Shown here piece by piece: positions 26,276 through 27,985 of a stretch of DNA of 27,985 nt (position 1 is the stretch's first letter; every line of letters begins with the position of its first letter). The DNA comes from a virus. Its lineage: Duplodnaviria; Caudoviricetes. The notes beneath the pieces are model-generated. The model did not search any database, was not told where the DNA came from, and saw only the letters and a program-made list of their open reading frames with translations. The position numbers and the translations under genes were made by a program. Where the stretch lies: positions 1 to 27,985 of IMG/VR virus record IMGVR_UViG_3300027686_000027. One strand, given 5' to 3'.

Positions 26276-26545
26276 ATGACTAAAACAGCAATAAAATTTT
26301 ATGCAGATTGGTGTGGACCATGCAAAGTATACGCAAAAGCATGGGAAGAAGTTTCTACAGAGTTAGAAAATGAAGTTAAGTTTTTAAATGTAGATGTAGA
26401 TAATGATGATTCTGGGCTAGCCGCTAAATATAAGGTTAGAAGTATACCACATACAGTAATAATAAGTAATGAAAGCGGAGATACACTCGCTACTAAAAGC
26501 GGAAGACTATCTTCATCAGAATTAAAAAGTTTAATTTCAAATTAA
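26276..26545 (+). CDS. trxA: Thioredoxin
   Basis: FYADWCGPCK active site, VDVD and cis-Pro motif SIPH. Confidence 0.95.
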   Translation: MTKTAIKFYADWCGPCKVYAKAWEEVSTELENEVKFLNVDVDNDDSGLAAKYKVRSIPHTVIISNESGDTLATKSGRLSSSELKSLISN

Positions 26546-26561
26546 TTAAAATCAGAGTTAT

Positions 26562-26870
26562 ATGTTAAGAAAACCAGATTCTATCCCAGTAGGGGATACA
26601 GTAATTGTCGATCCAGTTATGGAACCTTTTTTTATTGCTAAATCTCAATCAGGAGGTTATACAGTTTATGAGAGAGTAGTAAAAGGAGAAAATGCTACAG
26701 AGTATATTAAGACTATTTGTTATCCCGCAACTTTTAATCATGCACTTAAGACAGTAGCAAGAGAGAGATTAAATAACGGGTCTACTAAGAGCTATACTAT
26801 TAAAGAATATCTAAATCGTTTTGAAAGTATTCAAAAAGAAATGATGTCAATGACTACATTAGATCAATAA
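26562..26870 (+). CDS. Hypothetical protein (102 aa)
   Basis: ORF in the operon between trx and queC, with an A-rich leader. Confidence 0.8.
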   Translation: MLRKPDSIPVGDTVIVDPVMEPFFIAKSQSGGYTVYERVVKGENATEYIKTICYPATFNHALKTVARERLNNGSTKSYTIKEYLNRFESIQKEMMSMTTLDQ

Positions 26871-26871
26871 A

Positions 26872-26902
26872 AACGTCCGCCTATACGTTATTAATACCTG
26901 GC
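26872..26902 (+). promoter_or_regulatory. Candidate pseudoknot RNA element in the queC leader
   Basis: Stem AACGT/ACGTT with loop CCGCCTAT; loop GCC is complementary to GGC at 26900-26902. Confidence 0.35.
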
Positions 26903-26926
26903 AAATAATAATAAATTAAATTAGTT

Positions 26927-27736
26927 ATGGCAAAAAATGTTGTAATATCCTTATCTGGAGGGATGGATTCCTCTACCTTACTACTCAGATGTTTAAAAGA
27001 GTATGACAGTGTAACTGCAATATCTTTTGATTACGGTCAAAAGCATAGAGTAGAGCTTGAAAGAGCACAATCGTTAGTTGAGTACTTAAATGATAATGGT
27101 AACAGTATCAAATACCAAGTAATTAAACTAGACGGATTAGTTAACTTACTAAATTCAGCTTTAACTGAAGGCGGAGCAGATGTACCGGAAGGTCATTATG
27201 AAGAGGATAACATGAAAGCTACAGTAGTACCTAATAGCAACAAAATATTTGCTTCTTTAGTTCAAGCAGTAGCACTATCAGAAGCAATGGCTAATGGCAA
27301 TAACACAGATATTGCGTTAGGTATTCATGCTGGAGATCATGCAGTATATCCGGACTGTAGACAAGAGTTTAGAGATGCAGATGACAATGCCTTTAGGTTA
27401 GGTAATTGGGAAGCAGACAAGGTAGGGTACTTTACTCCCTATTTAGATACAGACAAATTTGGAATATTAAAAGATGGACAGAAATTGGTTAAAGAGCTCG
27501 GAATTGGGTTTAATGATGTTTACGAACGTACTAATACATCCTATAAGCCATATCCTAGCGGTAATAGCGACTACAAATCAGCATCATCTGTTGAAAGGAT
27601 CGAAGCATTTATCTTGTTGGGTGTGGATGACCCTGTACAGTATGAGGATGAAACTGGAGAAGTTGAATACGGTATTGCAAAAGCACATGTAGAGAAGTTA
27701 TTAACAGAGCATGCAGCTGTAAAAGGAGACGCTTAA
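26927..27736 (+). CDS. queC: 7-cyano-7-deazaguanine synthase QueC, variant lacking the C-terminal Zn cysteines
   Basis: SLSGGMDSST PP-loop, FDYGQKH..EL, TVVPN(S)N.IF, GIHAGD...YPDCRQEF and ER.EAF. Confidence 0.9.
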   Translation: MAKNVVISLSGGMDSSTLLLRCLKEYDSVTAISFDYGQKHRVELERAQSLVEYLNDNGNSIKYQVIKLDGLVNLLNSALTEGGADVPEGHYEEDNMKATVVPNSNKIFASLVQAVALSEAMANGNNTDIALGIHAGDHAVYPDCRQEFRDADDNAFRLGNWEADKVGYFTPYLDTDKFGILKDGQKLVKELGIGFNDVYERTNTSYKPYPSGNSDYKSASSVERIEAFILLGVDDPVQYEDETGEVEYGIAKAHVEKLLTEHAAVKGDA

Positions 27737-27742
27737 TAAGAT

Positions 27743-27886
27743 ATGAAAAACCACCAATCAACTAACGGAAATAACCAAGTAAATCAGGCTAGGAATACGT
27801 TTAATGATAATGTATCCAAATTACAGATTTTAGGTTCTTCTAAAAAAGTCGCTTGGGACAGTAAAAGACGTCACCGATCGATTTAG
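27743..27886 (+). CDS. Small hypothetical protein (47 aa), absent from the ORF track
   Basis: MKNHQSTNGNNQVNQARNTFNDNVSKLQILGSSKKVAWDSKRRHRSI; fills the gap between queC and the tRNA. Confidence 0.55.
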   Translation: MKNHQSTNGNNQVNQARNTFNDNVSKLQILGSSKKVAWDSKRRHRSI

Positions 27887-27893
27887 AAAGGAT

Positions 27894-27967
27894 GGGGGAT
27901 TAGCTCAGCTGGCTAGAGCGCCTGCCTTGCACGCAGGAGGTCATCGGTTCGACTCCGATATTCTCCA
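27894..27967 (+). tRNA. tRNA-Ala (anticodon UGC), CCA not encoded
   Basis: Acceptor GGGGGAT/ATTCTCC with G3:U70, D arm GCTC/GAGC, anticodon arm CCTGC-CTTGCAC-GCAGG, T arm ATCGG-TTCGACT-CCGAT, discriminator A followed by CAA. Confidence 0.97.
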
Positions 27968-27985
27968 CAAATACTATATTATATG

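Noticed and set aside
856-27692. Other short nested or minus-strand ORFs in the track (e.g. 856-1059, 1557-1748, 4498-4809, 20682-21071, 20755-21090, 27474-27692)
   Set aside because: All overlap well-supported + strand genes and show no recognisable motifs.
27975-27981. TATATTA after the tRNA as a seventh host-type promoter
   Set aside because: No TTG at the 19-20 nt spacing and the window ends before the downstream gene can be assessed.
1-27985. CRISPR array, transposase, integrase, reverse transcriptase or DGR repeats
   Set aside because: No spaced repeats or such motifs seen; the only repeats found are in-frame coding duplications.

Overview
A 28-kb segment of a large, AT-rich, contractile-tailed (myovirus-like) phage, with every credible gene on the + strand and standard genetic code. 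The host is most likely Bacteroidota, inferred from repeated TTG-N19/20-TATATT promoters and the near absence of Shine-Dalgarno sites. The left part (0.5-12.3 kb) is a tail module: sheath, tube, chaperone/hub-assembly protein, tape measure, tube-initiator/baseplate protein, LysM-like wedge and hub. The middle (12.4-21.6 kb) covers replication and recombination: a divergent short family A polymerase, gp32-like SSB, RecA/UvsX, 5'-3' exonuclease and DnaB-like helicase, interleaved with a 2OG-Fe(II) oxygenase, a radical SAM enzyme, a small membrane protein and two cytidylyltransferases. The right part holds class I ribonucleotide reductase (beta then alpha), an Ig/Calx-beta-like repeat protein, thioredoxin, QueC and tRNA-Ala(UGC). 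Highlights: (1) a thumb-less PolA-like enzyme with His at the steric gate and a YDS motif C, next to an unknown 151-aa gene; (2) a late-type motif TATTTATA, the reverse complement of the T4 late promoter; (3) a probable +1 frameshift at TTT CTT TGG extending the chaperone into a start-less frame missed by the ORF track; (4) a small pseudoknot-like element directly upstream of queC, a candidate riboswitch; (5) Zn-ligand-free QueC and SSB. All family assignments come from motif recognition by eye, not database searches.
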